64,000 bases of DNA from the NCBI GenBank assembly GCA_963792075.1, contig CAWBUW010000012.1:397854-461853 (forward strand), given 5' to 3'. The notes below the pieces were generated by a model that made no database searches, was not told where the DNA came from, and worked only from the letters and a program-made list of their open reading frames with translations. Below are positions 26,512-34,996 of the stretch, one piece after another (positions within the stretch are counted from its first letter, which is position 1; each line of letters begins with the position of its first letter). A program made the position numbers and the translations under genes. The DNA comes from an uncultured Chloroflexia bacterium (GTDB lineage: Bacteria; Chloroflexota; Anaerolineae; Anaerolineales; UBA4823).

Positions 26512-27581
26512 ACAAGCTGCGCGCCCGAGAACTGGGCATCCCCCTGGAAGGTACGCCTGGCGCGTACAACGCCATCACAGATGTGTCTGGTGTGGAGGTA
26601 GGCTACACCACGCGCATCGAAGGCGATCACATCCGCACCGGGGTAACGATCATACACCCGCGCGGGCGCGCCAACCATGACCCGGTCTTTGCCGGCTGGT
26701 TCCCGCTCAACGGCAACGGCGAGCTGACCGGCGCGGCCTGGATCGAGGAGGGCGGCTTCCTGGAAGGCCCGATTGGGCTGACCAACTCGCACAGCGTGGG
26801 CGTGGTGCGAGACACGATCATTGACTGGCAGGTGCAAAACGACGCCATCTTCCAACGCTGGTCGCTGCCGGTCGTGGCAGAAACCGCGGACGGCTGGTTG
26901 AACGACATGAACGGTTTCCACATCCAGCCAGAACACGTCTGGCAGGCGCTGGATTCGGCGCAGGGAGGCCCCCTGGCGGAGGGCAGCGTGGGCGGCGGGA
27001 CGGGCATGCTCGGCTACGAGTTCAAAGCCGGCACCGGCACTGCCTCGCAGAAGCTGCCGCAGAAGTTCGGCGGCTACACGCTGGGCGCGCTGGCGCAGGT
27101 CAACTTTGGGCGGCGTTACCAGCTTACCGTGGCGGGCGTGCCGGTAGGCCAGCACATCCCCGAAGGCGCGCCCTTCACCAAAGGCCAGCATCCGCTGCAC
27201 GAGCAGGGCTCGCTGGTCATTGTCTTCGCCACCGATGCGCCCCTGCTGCCGCACCAGCTTAAACGCATCGCCCGCCGCGGCGCGCTGGGCATGGCGCGCA
27301 CCGGCGGGCTGGCCGGCAACGGTTCAGGCGACCTATTCCTGGCTTTTTCCAGCGCCAACCCGGGCGCGGCGCGCCCAGAAGGCGGCCTGGCGCAGGTGCT
27401 GGTGCTGTCCAACGACCTGGCCGACCCACTTTTCGCCGCGGCGGCTTATGCAGCAGAAGAGGCAATCCTCAACGCGCTGCTGGCCGCGGAAACCATGACG
27501 GGTTTCAACGGCCTGACTGTGCCAGCGCTGCCGCACGACCGGCTGCAAGCCGTGCTGCGGCAGTATCACCGGCTTGAGTGA
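26487..27581 (+). CDS. Peptidase S58 (DmpA/BapA-type, P1 family) aminopeptidase
   Basis: N-terminal pattern RELGIPLEGTPGAYNAITDVSGVEVGYTT...RTGVTIIHP and FATDAPL...SGDLFLAFS, typical of DmpA-like Ntn hydrolases. The start is uncertain: TTG at 26487 or GTG at 26508 overlapping the ATPase stop. Confidence 0.8.
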   Translation: MRPRATEVNKLRARELGIPLEGTPGAYNAITDVSGVEVGYTTRIEGDHIRTGVTIIHPRGRANHDPVFAGWFPLNGNGELTGAAWIEEGGFLEGPIGLTNSHSVGVVRDTIIDWQVQNDAIFQRWSLPVVAETADGWLNDMNGFHIQPEHVWQALDSAQGGPLAEGSVGGGTGMLGYEFKAGTGTASQKLPQKFGGYTLGALAQVNFGRRYQLTVAGVPVGQHIPEGAPFTKGQHPLHEQGSLVIVFATDAPLLPHQLKRIARRGALGMARTGGLAGNGSGDLFLAFSSANPGAARPEGGLAQVLVLSNDLADPLFAAAAYAAEEAILNALLAAETMTGFNGLTVPALPHDRLQAVLRQYHRLE

Positions 27582-27603
27582 CTAATTACGAAAAACGAGC
27601 CCC

Positions 27604-28080
27604 TCAGACTCCCAGCAAGTTCGCCATGTCCTGCTGCGCCTGGCTCAGCGGCAACCCCAGTGAGTAAGTCCATTCGGTGAGCAGCGATTTCATCGCCCGC
27701 TCCAGGATGGATTTTTCTTGCTCGTTCAGCTTGGTGCTCTGTTTGAAATGTGTCAGATCTCGCACCACCCGGCAAATGGATGCCAACTGGCCATCTTTCA
27801 TTTGCGCCATGAGCTGGTCTTTACGCAGCACCCGGTCTTCCAGCAGCTTCTCGCTTGGGCCGGTCAGGATGGCGAACAGAGTCACAAACTCATCAGGCGG
27901 GGTAGGCACGCGCAGGCTCTGCTGCTGTAAATCATTAATCGGAATCCAAATCGTCAGGTCAGATGTGCGAACGACGTAACAGTTCGTAGGGCGGTCACGA
28001 ATAATTTTCTCTTCGATGTGTACGATTTCGCCCAGGCCATAACTCCAGTGAATTACTTTATCACCAATTTGAAAGCCCAT
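27604..28080 (-). CDS. CarD/CdnL family RNA-polymerase-binding transcriptional regulator
   Basis: N-terminal FQIGDKVIHWSYGLGEI (CarD_TRCF RID-like). ATG at 28080 preceded by AAGAGG. 158 aa. Confidence 0.85.
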   Translation of the reverse strand: MGFQIGDKVIHWSYGLGEIVHIEEKIIRDRPTNCYVVRTSDLTIWIPINDLQQQSLRVPTPPDEFVTLFAILTGPSEKLLEDRVLRKDQLMAQMKDGQLASICRVVRDLTHFKQSTKLNEQEKSILERAMKSLLTEWTYSLGLPLSQAQQDMANLLGV

Positions 28081-28118
28081 CTCACACCTCTTTCCTAGAA
28101 ATAAAAGAACAATATTAT

Positions 28119-28202
28119 GGTGTGCACCCCTCACGAGTGGGGGGTGCACACCACAAAAACCTTTTTCTTTAGGCGCTGTCCCTAAAAATACTTTTCAGGA
28201 CA
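28119..28202. repeat. Structured intergenic element, copy B
   Basis: Hairpin 1 pairs 28119-28130 with 28141-28152 (12 bp perfect). The linker contains ACAAAAACC. It is followed by TGTCCCTAAAAATACTTTTCAGGACA. Same order and orientation as copy A. Confidence 0.7.
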
Positions 28203-28226
28203 CCCCATGAGGTCTACAGGGTTGGT

Positions 28227-28514
28227 TTAATAACGTCGGTCGTAAGAGCTGCGGCGCGGCTGATCTTCGCGGGGACGGGCAATGTTCACTTTGATCGCCC
28301 GGTTATCCAGCGATTTCTCATTCAGGAGCTTGATCGCGTTCTGTGCTTCTTCAGCGCTGCTCATCGTCACAAAGGCAAAACCTTTCATACGCCCCGTGTC
28401 ACGATCCTTGATCATGTCCACTGAGACTACTGTTCCGGCCTGAGCGAACATGGTTCGCAGGCCGTCCTCAGTTGTATCATAAGACAGGTTTCCAACATAC
28501 AATTTTGTTTCCAT
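28227..28514 (-). CDS. RRM-type RNA-binding protein
   Basis: 95-aa ORF. RNP-2 LYVGNL and RNP-1 KGFAFVTM. Arg-rich tail. Confidence 0.9.
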   Translation of the reverse strand: METKLYVGNLSYDTTEDGLRTMFAQAGTVVSVDMIKDRDTGRMKGFAFVTMSSAEEAQNAIKLLNEKSLDNRAIKVNIARPREDQPRRSSYDRRY

Positions 28515-28602
28515 TTTCTTTTCCTTTTTTGTCTACACGATCATCGACTGTTGGCCAGTCCTCAAGACGACCGTTGAGATATTTTCCAGGATCAACTGAG
28601 GG

Positions 28603-28638
28603 AAGAAAAAAGCCGCCATTCGATACGGAATGGCGGCT
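28603..28638 (-). terminator. Canonical intrinsic terminator downstream of the DUF885 gene
   Basis: An 11-bp stem AGCCGCCATTC / GAATGGCGGCT with a 6-nt loop. In minus sense it is followed by TTTTTTCTTCC. Confidence 0.75.
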
Positions 28639-28735
28639 CATATAATCGATCTCAAATCCGGAATTCGTCCAGATGTATTATACCTCAATATCTCAGATAC
28701 ACCATCCTTGTAGATGAGTATTTATTCATTTTTGT

Positions 28736-30526
28736 CTATATTTCCGCCTCAATCACCTGCTCCAGGATCGAGAGCGGCATAGCGCCGTGCTGCAGCACCA
28801 CGTGGTGGAAGCGGCGTAGATCGAAACGGTTTCCTAGCGCCTGCTGCATACGCTGACGCAGCGCCACAATCTTGATCTCGCCCACTTTGTAAGCACAGGC
28901 CTGGCCGGGCATGACGATATAACGTTCCACCTCGCTGACGATACTGGCCTCGGGGTCCCCGGTGTGTGCCAGCATGTAATCAATTGCCTGCTGGCGCGTC
29001 CAGCGCTTGGCGTGGATACCGGTATCTACCACCAGGCGCAAGGCGCGGAACAGCTCGGAAGCCAAGTACCCCAGCTCACCAGTAGGGTCATCCTGGTATG
29101 CTCCCTGTTCGCTCGTCAGCTTCTCAGCGTACAGCGCCCAACCTTCAGCATACGCTGTAAAGGGGATGAAGCGCCGGAAGAGCGGCACGCGGCGCAGCTC
29201 CATGGCGATCGAAATCTGGAAATGATGCCCGGGGATGCCTTCGTGATAAGCGAGGGTCTTCATGCCAAACTGCGGCACTTCTTTCATGTCGCGCAAGTTA
29301 GCATAAAATACACCGGGACGCCCGCCGCCTACTGCGCCCATCTGGTAATAGGCGCCGGGTGCGGTCGCTTCGCGGAACGCCGGGATGCGCTCTACCTTGA
29401 GCTCCGCCTTGGGGCGCAAGTCGAACAGGCCGGCGAGGCGCTGGTTCATTTCATCCAGGATGCACTGGTAACCCGCCAGGCAGGCCGCCCGGCCCTCATC
29501 GGTATTGGGGTACAGGTAGCGCTCGTCTTTTGACAGCGCGGCCATCTGTTGGGAGACGTTCGCCTCCGGATAGCCCAACTGCGCCAGGATGGCAGCCATC
29601 CTGGCCTCGATGCGCGCCACTTCTTGCAGGCCGGTCTGGTGCACTTCTTCAGGCGTCAGATCCGTGCTGGTCTGGCTGCGCAGTTGGTGAGCGTAGTACG
29701 CCGCGCCATCCGGCAGCTTCCACACGCCATCCTCCTCGGTGGCTTTAGGCTCCAACTCGGTGAAGTAAGCGATCAGCGTCTGGTAGGCCGGATAAACCGT
29801 CTGCTCGATCGCCTGCGCGGTAGCATCGAGCAACTTCTGCTTTCCGGCTGTGCTCAGCTTGAGCTTGTCCAGCTTCTCCTGGAAAACCGTGTACAGCTCA
29901 TTTTCACGCGCCGGCTTACCGGAAAAGGCGATCATCTCATCCAGCACGCGTCGGATGACAAAGCGCGGCGGCAAATAGCCTTGCGCTTCGCGGAGGCACA
30001 GCCCCTCCAGCACCTGGCTAAAATACACCCCAGATCTGTTCAGGCGGCGCACGTAGTTCCAGGCGTTCCATCTTCCATCCACCGGGTGCATGGTGGTCAT
30101 AAAATTGGGAAACTCTGACTGCGCCCCAAACATCTGGTTGAGTGGATAGTCGTGGTGGCGGAAGCGCTCGCCGCGCAGTTGATCATCCAGGTAATATTCG
30201 AGGATATCAGTAGAAAGCCGGGTGGCGGCATCCTGGCGGTCGCGCGGATAAGAACGCAGCACTTTGAGGTCGCGCTTCAGGCGGGCAAATATTTTATCCA
30301 CGTGTTTTTCAGAGGCGTCGCCCAACCGGCCGTTGTGAAAGTTGATCCCCACGCGTTCCAGGAAGCCCAGCATCGTCAGCAGCTCGGGGGATTCGAACAT
30401 CATAGGCAGCAGCACACGTAAGTAGACCTGGTGGATGCTCCAGGGTTTGAACCAGAAGAAACTTACCAGCCACCAGGCGAAGAGGAGGAGGAGCAAAACG
30501 AGGCCAAGATAGAGTGCAGTCGTCAT
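28736..30526 (-). CDS. DUF885 family protein (putative metallopeptidase-like), N-terminal membrane anchor
   Basis: Characteristic YHEGIPGHHFQ motif. ATG at 30526 (MTTALYLGLVLLLLL) preceded by GGAGGG. Confidence 0.8.
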   Translation of the reverse strand: MTTALYLGLVLLLLLFAWWLVSFFWFKPWSIHQVYLRVLLPMMFESPELLTMLGFLERVGINFHNGRLGDASEKHVDKIFARLKRDLKVLRSYPRDRQDAATRLSTDILEYYLDDQLRGERFRHHDYPLNQMFGAQSEFPNFMTTMHPVDGRWNAWNYVRRLNRSGVYFSQVLEGLCLREAQGYLPPRFVIRRVLDEMIAFSGKPARENELYTVFQEKLDKLKLSTAGKQKLLDATAQAIEQTVYPAYQTLIAYFTELEPKATEEDGVWKLPDGAAYYAHQLRSQTSTDLTPEEVHQTGLQEVARIEARMAAILAQLGYPEANVSQQMAALSKDERYLYPNTDEGRAACLAGYQCILDEMNQRLAGLFDLRPKAELKVERIPAFREATAPGAYYQMGAVGGGRPGVFYANLRDMKEVPQFGMKTLAYHEGIPGHHFQISIAMELRRVPLFRRFIPFTAYAEGWALYAEKLTSEQGAYQDDPTGELGYLASELFRALRLVVDTGIHAKRWTRQQAIDYMLAHTGDPEASIVSEVERYIVMPGQACAYKVGEIKIVALRQRMQQALGNRFDLRRFHHVVLQHGAMPLSILEQVIEAEI

Positions 30527-30616
30527 AGGAATCCCTCCGGGAGATGTTGGGCAATAACTAATTCTATCACCGCCCAAGGACTCCTGCCAAGAACCTCCAT
30601 AAAATTATATATAATG

Positions 30617-30622
30617 TATAAT
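30617..30622 (+). promoter_or_regulatory. Candidate -10 box TATAAT, 7 nt upstream of the GntR ATG (leaderless configuration)
   Basis: Exact TATAAT hexamers at 30617-30622 and 30610-30615, with the ATG at 30630 and no SD. A 12-nt AT palindrome ATTATATATAAT lies at 30604-30615. Confidence 0.35.
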
Positions 30623-30629
30623 ATATGTA

Positions 30630-31343
30630 ATGTCTGACCTCCTGCGCAAACCCCTGAAAGACGAAATCTTCGACATCCTGAACAAGCGCATCATCGCCGG
30701 CAAGTATGCACCCGGTGAATGGCTGCGCCAGGAGGAGATTGCCTCACAGCTGGGCGTAAGCATGACGCCGGTGCGCGAGGCATTCGACCTGCTCGCCTCG
30801 GCGGGGATGGCCGAGCGCGTGCCCTACCGCGGCGTGCGCGTTTTGCAGCTTTCCACCCATGAGATTGTCGATGCCTATGCCCTGCGCCTGCTGCTGGAAC
30901 CCTCAGCGGCGCGGGCGGCCGCCCAACAGGCCACGCCCCAGCAAATCCAGGGGCTCACCACGCTCATGGAACAAATGCAAGAGCTGTCCACGCTCAACCA
31001 GATGCACACGCTGCGCCAGCTCAACCGTGAGTTCCACCTGCTATTGGTCCAGGCAGCGGGCAGCGCTCTGCTGACCAAAACCTATACCATGGTTGCCAAC
31101 GGCTTCCCGGACTGGATGCTCTACGAGGCCATGTTCCGCTACCCGGAGATGCTGGCCTCCTCCCTGGCGGGAGAAAACGAAGAACACCGCCTGATCCTGT
31201 CCGCGCTGGAGGCAGGCCAGCCTGAACAAGCTGCGCATCATACCGCGGCGCACATCCTTCACCTGGGTAAAGAGCTGCAGCAGTTCTTGAACATCCCCGC
31301 CCAGTGTATTGCTGAAAAAGAACACCTGATACTCGAAAAATAA
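30630..31343 (+). CDS. GntR family transcriptional regulator (FadR/FCD subfamily)
   Basis: N-terminal wHTH (EEIASQLGVSMTPVREAF) and a C-terminal all-helical FCD-like domain. No SD; a TATAAT lies 7 nt upstream of the ATG. Confidence 0.85.
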   Translation: MSDLLRKPLKDEIFDILNKRIIAGKYAPGEWLRQEEIASQLGVSMTPVREAFDLLASAGMAERVPYRGVRVLQLSTHEIVDAYALRLLLEPSAARAAAQQATPQQIQGLTTLMEQMQELSTLNQMHTLRQLNREFHLLLVQAAGSALLTKTYTMVANGFPDWMLYEAMFRYPEMLASSLAGENEEHRLILSALEAGQPEQAAHHTAAHILHLGKELQQFLNIPAQCIAEKEHLILEK

Positions 31344-31359
31344 AAAGGAGAACAACCGT

Positions 31360-32004
31360 ATGAGCACTGAACTATTCAAATCCATGGCCCAATCCATTAT
31401 CGATGGCGACGACGAACTCGCCAGAGAATTGGCCCAAAAAGCGTTGGCTGAGGGGATCGACCCACTGGAGGCAATCAGCCAGGGCTTTGTGGCGGGCGTC
31501 AACCAGGTCGGCGAAGCCTTCGCCTGCGGTGACGCTTTCCTGCCCGAGCTGGTCATGGCCGGCGAGGCCATGAAAGCCGCAGTCAGCACGCTGGAGCCGG
31601 AAATGGCCCGCCGCGGCACCCACCGCCAGGTGTTTGGCAAAGTGGTGCTGGGCACCGTCGAAGGTGATATCCACGAAATCGGTAAATCGCTGGTGGGTAC
31701 GATGCTCTCCGCCTCCGGCTTCCAGGTGTTTGACCTGGGCGTGGACGTGGCTACAGCCAAAATCGTAGCCAAAGCGCGCGAGGTCAGCGCAGATATCGTC
31801 GCAATCAGCGCGCTGCTCACCACGACCATGGTGAAGCAGAAAGAGGTCATCGAAGCCCTCGCCGCAGCCGGCCTCCCCTGCAAGGTAATGGTCGGCGGCG
31901 CACCCGTGACGCGCGAGTGGGTCACACGCATTGGCGCACATGGCTACTCGGAAGATGCCATCGGCGCGGTGCAGGTCGCCAAGCAGTTGGTCGGCGCGGC
32001 ATAG
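31360..32004 (+). CDS. Cobalamin-binding corrinoid protein (methyltransferase cognate, MtgC/MttC-like)
   Basis: 214 aa. B12-binding DxHxxG (GDIHEIG), SxL (SALLTTT) and GG (VMVGGAP) motifs after an N-terminal helical cap. AAGGAG RBS. Confidence 0.9.
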   Translation: MSTELFKSMAQSIIDGDDELARELAQKALAEGIDPLEAISQGFVAGVNQVGEAFACGDAFLPELVMAGEAMKAAVSTLEPEMARRGTHRQVFGKVVLGTVEGDIHEIGKSLVGTMLSASGFQVFDLGVDVATAKIVAKAREVSADIVAISALLTTTMVKQKEVIEALAAAGLPCKVMVGGAPVTREWVTRIGAHGYSEDAIGAVQVAKQLVGAA

Positions 32005-32014
32005 GGGGTACCCC

Positions 32015-33466
32015 ATGCCTAAACCGATCCTATCGATCACCAACCCCAAGCTTGGGTTGGACGTCCTCACGCCTGAGGAAGTACAACAAATCCACGCAGC
32101 TACGCTGCACATCCTGGAGCATGTCGGCGTGCGCTTCCCCTCGGCGCGCGCGCTGGAAATCTGGGAAGCGCACGGCGCCAGCGTGGACCATGAGAAAAGC
32201 ATCGTGCGCGCCAAGCCGCAACTGATCGAGGATGCCCTGAGCAAGGCGCCGCCTGCGTACCCGCTGGCCGCACGCGACCCGCAGCAAGACCTGCCCCTGG
32301 ATGGCAACCACGTGTTCCTCGGAACGGATGGCTGCGGCGTGGAGGTGCTCGATCTGCACTCCGGAGTGCGGCGCACCTCCTGCCTGCAAGATGTAGCCGA
32401 TATCGCCCGCCTGGCGGACGCCACGCCCGAGATCGGTTTCCATTGGGTGGCAGTTTCTGCGCAGGACAAGCCCGCCCACACGCGCGGCCTGCATGAGATC
32501 AAAGCCGTCTGGGAGAACTCGACCAAGCACGTGCAGACCGAGAGCATTTACTCCGCGACCGAAGCGCGCGCGGCCATCGAGATGGCCGCGGCGATCGCAG
32601 GTGGAAAAGAGGCACTGCGCCAGCGTCCGCTGCTCTCGCTGATGCAGTGCACCGCCCCGCCCCTCGGGCATGACGGCGGCAGCCTGGAGGCAGCGCTGGT
32701 GGCTGCGGAATACGGCATTCCCACCGGCTTCATGACCATGGCTTCCTGCCTGACCACCGGCCCGGCGACGCTGGCGGGCACGCTGGCAGTCGGCAACGCA
32801 GAGGTCATCGCTGCCACCGCACTGCTGCAGCTTGCTTTTCCTGGTGCGCCCGTATTTTACGCCGCGGCCCAGACCGCCTCAGATTTACGTTCAGGCGCGT
32901 ACACCGGTGGCGGGCCAGAGGATTTCCTCTTCGGCGCGGCGACCAACGTGCTCTCTGATTATTATAAGATCCCACTTTCGATGGGCGCTTTCGCTACCGG
33001 GGCTAAGAAACCCAACTGGCAGGCCGGGCTGGAAAACAGCATGTCAGCCTTTATGGCTTGCGTGGTGATGTCGGATATGCTGCTGGGGGCGGGTTTCCTG
33101 CACGGCAGCCGTATCTGGAGTTACGCCCAAATGCTGCTGGACTGCGAAACCTTCGCCATCATCCAAAAAATGATGCAGGGCATCGTGATCAACGAAGATA
33201 CGTTGGCGCTGGATACCATCGCCGCCGTTGGGCCGGGCGGCAACTTCCTGACCCAAAAGCACACCCGCAAACACATGCGGGATGTCTTTATTCCTCAGTT
33301 CATGGACCGCCGCCCTTACAATGAATGGGAAAGCAAACAGGATGACGCCGGTGACTGGGCGCAAGCCAAAGCGCGCCAGGTGCTCTCCAACCACCAACCC
33401 GACCCCTTGGACCCGCAGCTTTCCGCTGAACTGGGACGGATGATTGCCTCGCTCGAAGGAGCGTAA
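32015..33466 (+). CDS. MttB (trimethylamine methyltransferase) superfamily protein, non-pyrrolysine, paralog 1
   Basis: 483 aa from the ATG at 32015 (AGGGGG RBS). N-terminal family pattern LTPEEVQQIHAATLHILEHVGVRF. No in-frame TAG. Confidence 0.85.
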   Translation: MPKPILSITNPKLGLDVLTPEEVQQIHAATLHILEHVGVRFPSARALEIWEAHGASVDHEKSIVRAKPQLIEDALSKAPPAYPLAARDPQQDLPLDGNHVFLGTDGCGVEVLDLHSGVRRTSCLQDVADIARLADATPEIGFHWVAVSAQDKPAHTRGLHEIKAVWENSTKHVQTESIYSATEARAAIEMAAAIAGGKEALRQRPLLSLMQCTAPPLGHDGGSLEAALVAAEYGIPTGFMTMASCLTTGPATLAGTLAVGNAEVIAATALLQLAFPGAPVFYAAAQTASDLRSGAYTGGGPEDFLFGAATNVLSDYYKIPLSMGAFATGAKKPNWQAGLENSMSAFMACVVMSDMLLGAGFLHGSRIWSYAQMLLDCETFAIIQKMMQGIVINEDTLALDTIAAVGPGGNFLTQKHTRKHMRDVFIPQFMDRRPYNEWESKQDDAGDWAQAKARQVLSNHQPDPLDPQLSAELGRMIASLEGA

Positions 33467-33470
33467 TTCT

Positions 33471-34931
33471 ATGCAGCCAAAAATCGAACTCCTGACTTAC
33501 GAAATGATCGCCCGCATCCTGGATGAGGCGTTTCAACTGATGCTGCAGCCTGGCATCAAAGTACAGTCACCTGAAGCGCGGCAGTTACTGGCAGCAGCCG
33601 GAGCCCAAATCGACGAAGACCACGAGGTAGCGCGCATTCCGGAAAAGCTGGTGCGCCAGGCGCTGAGCACTGTTCCCGAACAATTCTATCTGTACGACCG
33701 CCTCGGCCGCGCCACGGTGAACTATGGCGGCGACGCGGTGCACTTCGACCCGGGTTCCTCCGGGGTGCACGTGCTGGATCCGGAAACACTGGAACACAAG
33801 CCTTCCTATACCGCGGACCTGGTGCGGCTGATCCAGGTGGCCGAAATGCTGCCCGAGTACGACGCCCAATCTACCGCCGTAGTATGCAACGAAATCCCCA
33901 AGGCCATTGGCGACATCTACCGCCTGTACCTGGTGCTGCTCTACTCCCAGAAACCGGTCGTGACCGGCTCTTTTTCGGTGAAGACACTGCCCGCCATGAT
34001 TGACATGCTGGCCTCCTTTGCCGGCGGACGGGCGGCGCTGGCCGATAAGCCCCAAGGGGTCTTCGATGTCTGCCCCTCCCCGCCGCTGATCTGGAGCGGG
34101 TTCGCCGCGCAGAACCTGATCGAGCTGGCGCGGGCAGGTGTACCTGCGGAGATGGTTTCCATGCCCCTGGCCGGCGCGGCCGCGCCGGTGACCCTGCTCG
34201 GCTCGATCGTACAGCACGCCGCCGAAAGCTTGAGCGGCATTGTCATCCACCAACTCGCCAAAGCAGGCGCGCCCATCGTATGGGGCGGCGCCCCGGCGAT
34301 CTTTGACATGCGCCACGGCACCACGCCGATGGGCGCGGTCGAGACGGCGATGCTGGATGCGGCCTACGCTCAGGTAGGCAAGTCGCTGCGCATCCCCACG
34401 CACGGCTACCTGGGCGCCAGCGATGCCAAGATCGTGGACGCACAGGCCGGCCTGGAAAGCGGTGTGAGCGCCATGATCGCCGCTCTGGCAGGGATCAACA
34501 TGATCTCGGGCGCAGGCATGCTCGACTTCCTCGCCTGCCAGTCTGCCGAGAAGCTGGTCGTGGATGCTGAGGCAATCGGCATGGCCAAACGCATGGTAGC
34601 GGGCATCCAGTTGCGCACCGAAACGCTGGCTACAGCGCTGTTTGAAGGGATCAACTTCAAGGGCGATTTCCTCAAGCAAAAGGCCACCCGCCAGCTCTTT
34701 GCCCAAGAACAACACCTGCCCTCGGCGGTGATAGACCGAGACTCGATCCGCGGCTGGCAGCAGGCCGGGGCCCTCGACACCTTCGCCCGCGCCCGCCAGC
34801 GCACGAACGAGCTGCTTGCGGCGTACCAACGCCCAGGAATTCCAGCGGAACAAGAGCAGGAACTGCGCCGGCAAATGACCACCCTGGCACGCCAGGCGGG
34901 CATGGAGCAGCTTCCCCACCTCCAACTTTGA
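33471..34931 (+). CDS. MttB superfamily protein, non-pyrrolysine, paralog 2 (highly divergent from paralog 1)
   Basis: 486 aa from the ATG at 33471 (GAAGGAG RBS). N-terminal LTYEMIARILDEAFQLMLQPGIKV. No in-frame TAG. Confidence 0.85.
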   Translation: MQPKIELLTYEMIARILDEAFQLMLQPGIKVQSPEARQLLAAAGAQIDEDHEVARIPEKLVRQALSTVPEQFYLYDRLGRATVNYGGDAVHFDPGSSGVHVLDPETLEHKPSYTADLVRLIQVAEMLPEYDAQSTAVVCNEIPKAIGDIYRLYLVLLYSQKPVVTGSFSVKTLPAMIDMLASFAGGRAALADKPQGVFDVCPSPPLIWSGFAAQNLIELARAGVPAEMVSMPLAGAAAPVTLLGSIVQHAAESLSGIVIHQLAKAGAPIVWGGAPAIFDMRHGTTPMGAVETAMLDAAYAQVGKSLRIPTHGYLGASDAKIVDAQAGLESGVSAMIAALAGINMISGAGMLDFLACQSAEKLVVDAEAIGMAKRMVAGIQLRTETLATALFEGINFKGDFLKQKATRQLFAQEQHLPSAVIDRDSIRGWQQAGALDTFARARQRTNELLAAYQRPGIPAEQEQELRRQMTTLARQAGMEQLPHLQL

Positions 34932-34939
34932 GAATGTCC

Positions 34940-34974
34940 GGTGATAGCGGGTGGCTTGGCCACCCGCTATCACC
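34940..34974 (+). other. 16-bp perfect hairpin between MttB paralog 2 and the DUF1638 gene
   Basis: GGTGATAGCGGGTGGC-TTG-GCCACCCGCTATCACC, starting 9 nt after the MttB2 stop. No U-tract. Confidence 0.65.
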
Positions 34975-34983
34975 CCTAAAAGG

Positions 34984-34989
34984 TATAAT
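34984..34989 (+). promoter_or_regulatory. Candidate -10 box TATAAT, 7 nt upstream of the DUF1638 ATG (leaderless configuration)
   Basis: An exact TATAAT at 34984-34989 with the ATG at 34997 and no SD. Confidence 0.35.
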
Positions 34990-34996
34990 TTGCCCA

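Noticed and set aside
28515-28735. Possible tRNA or small RNA gene in the 220-bp gap upstream of the RRM-protein gene.
   Set aside because: There is no cloverleaf-compatible sequence (no GTTCRA T-loop box). The gap is explained by the DUF885 terminator (28603-28638) plus the promoter and ~90-nt 5' UTR of the RRM gene.
31041-32547. 296-aa and 391-aa minus-strand ORFs opposite the GntR, corrinoid-protein and MttB1 genes.
   Set aside because: They are antisense shadows with Ser/Thr/Ala/Arg-rich low-complexity sequence and no RBS or family motifs.
32015-34931. Pyrrolysine (in-frame TAG) recoding in the MttB genes.
   Set aside because: Both genes are uninterrupted ORFs of normal MttB length with no in-frame TAG. 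They are therefore non-Pyl members.
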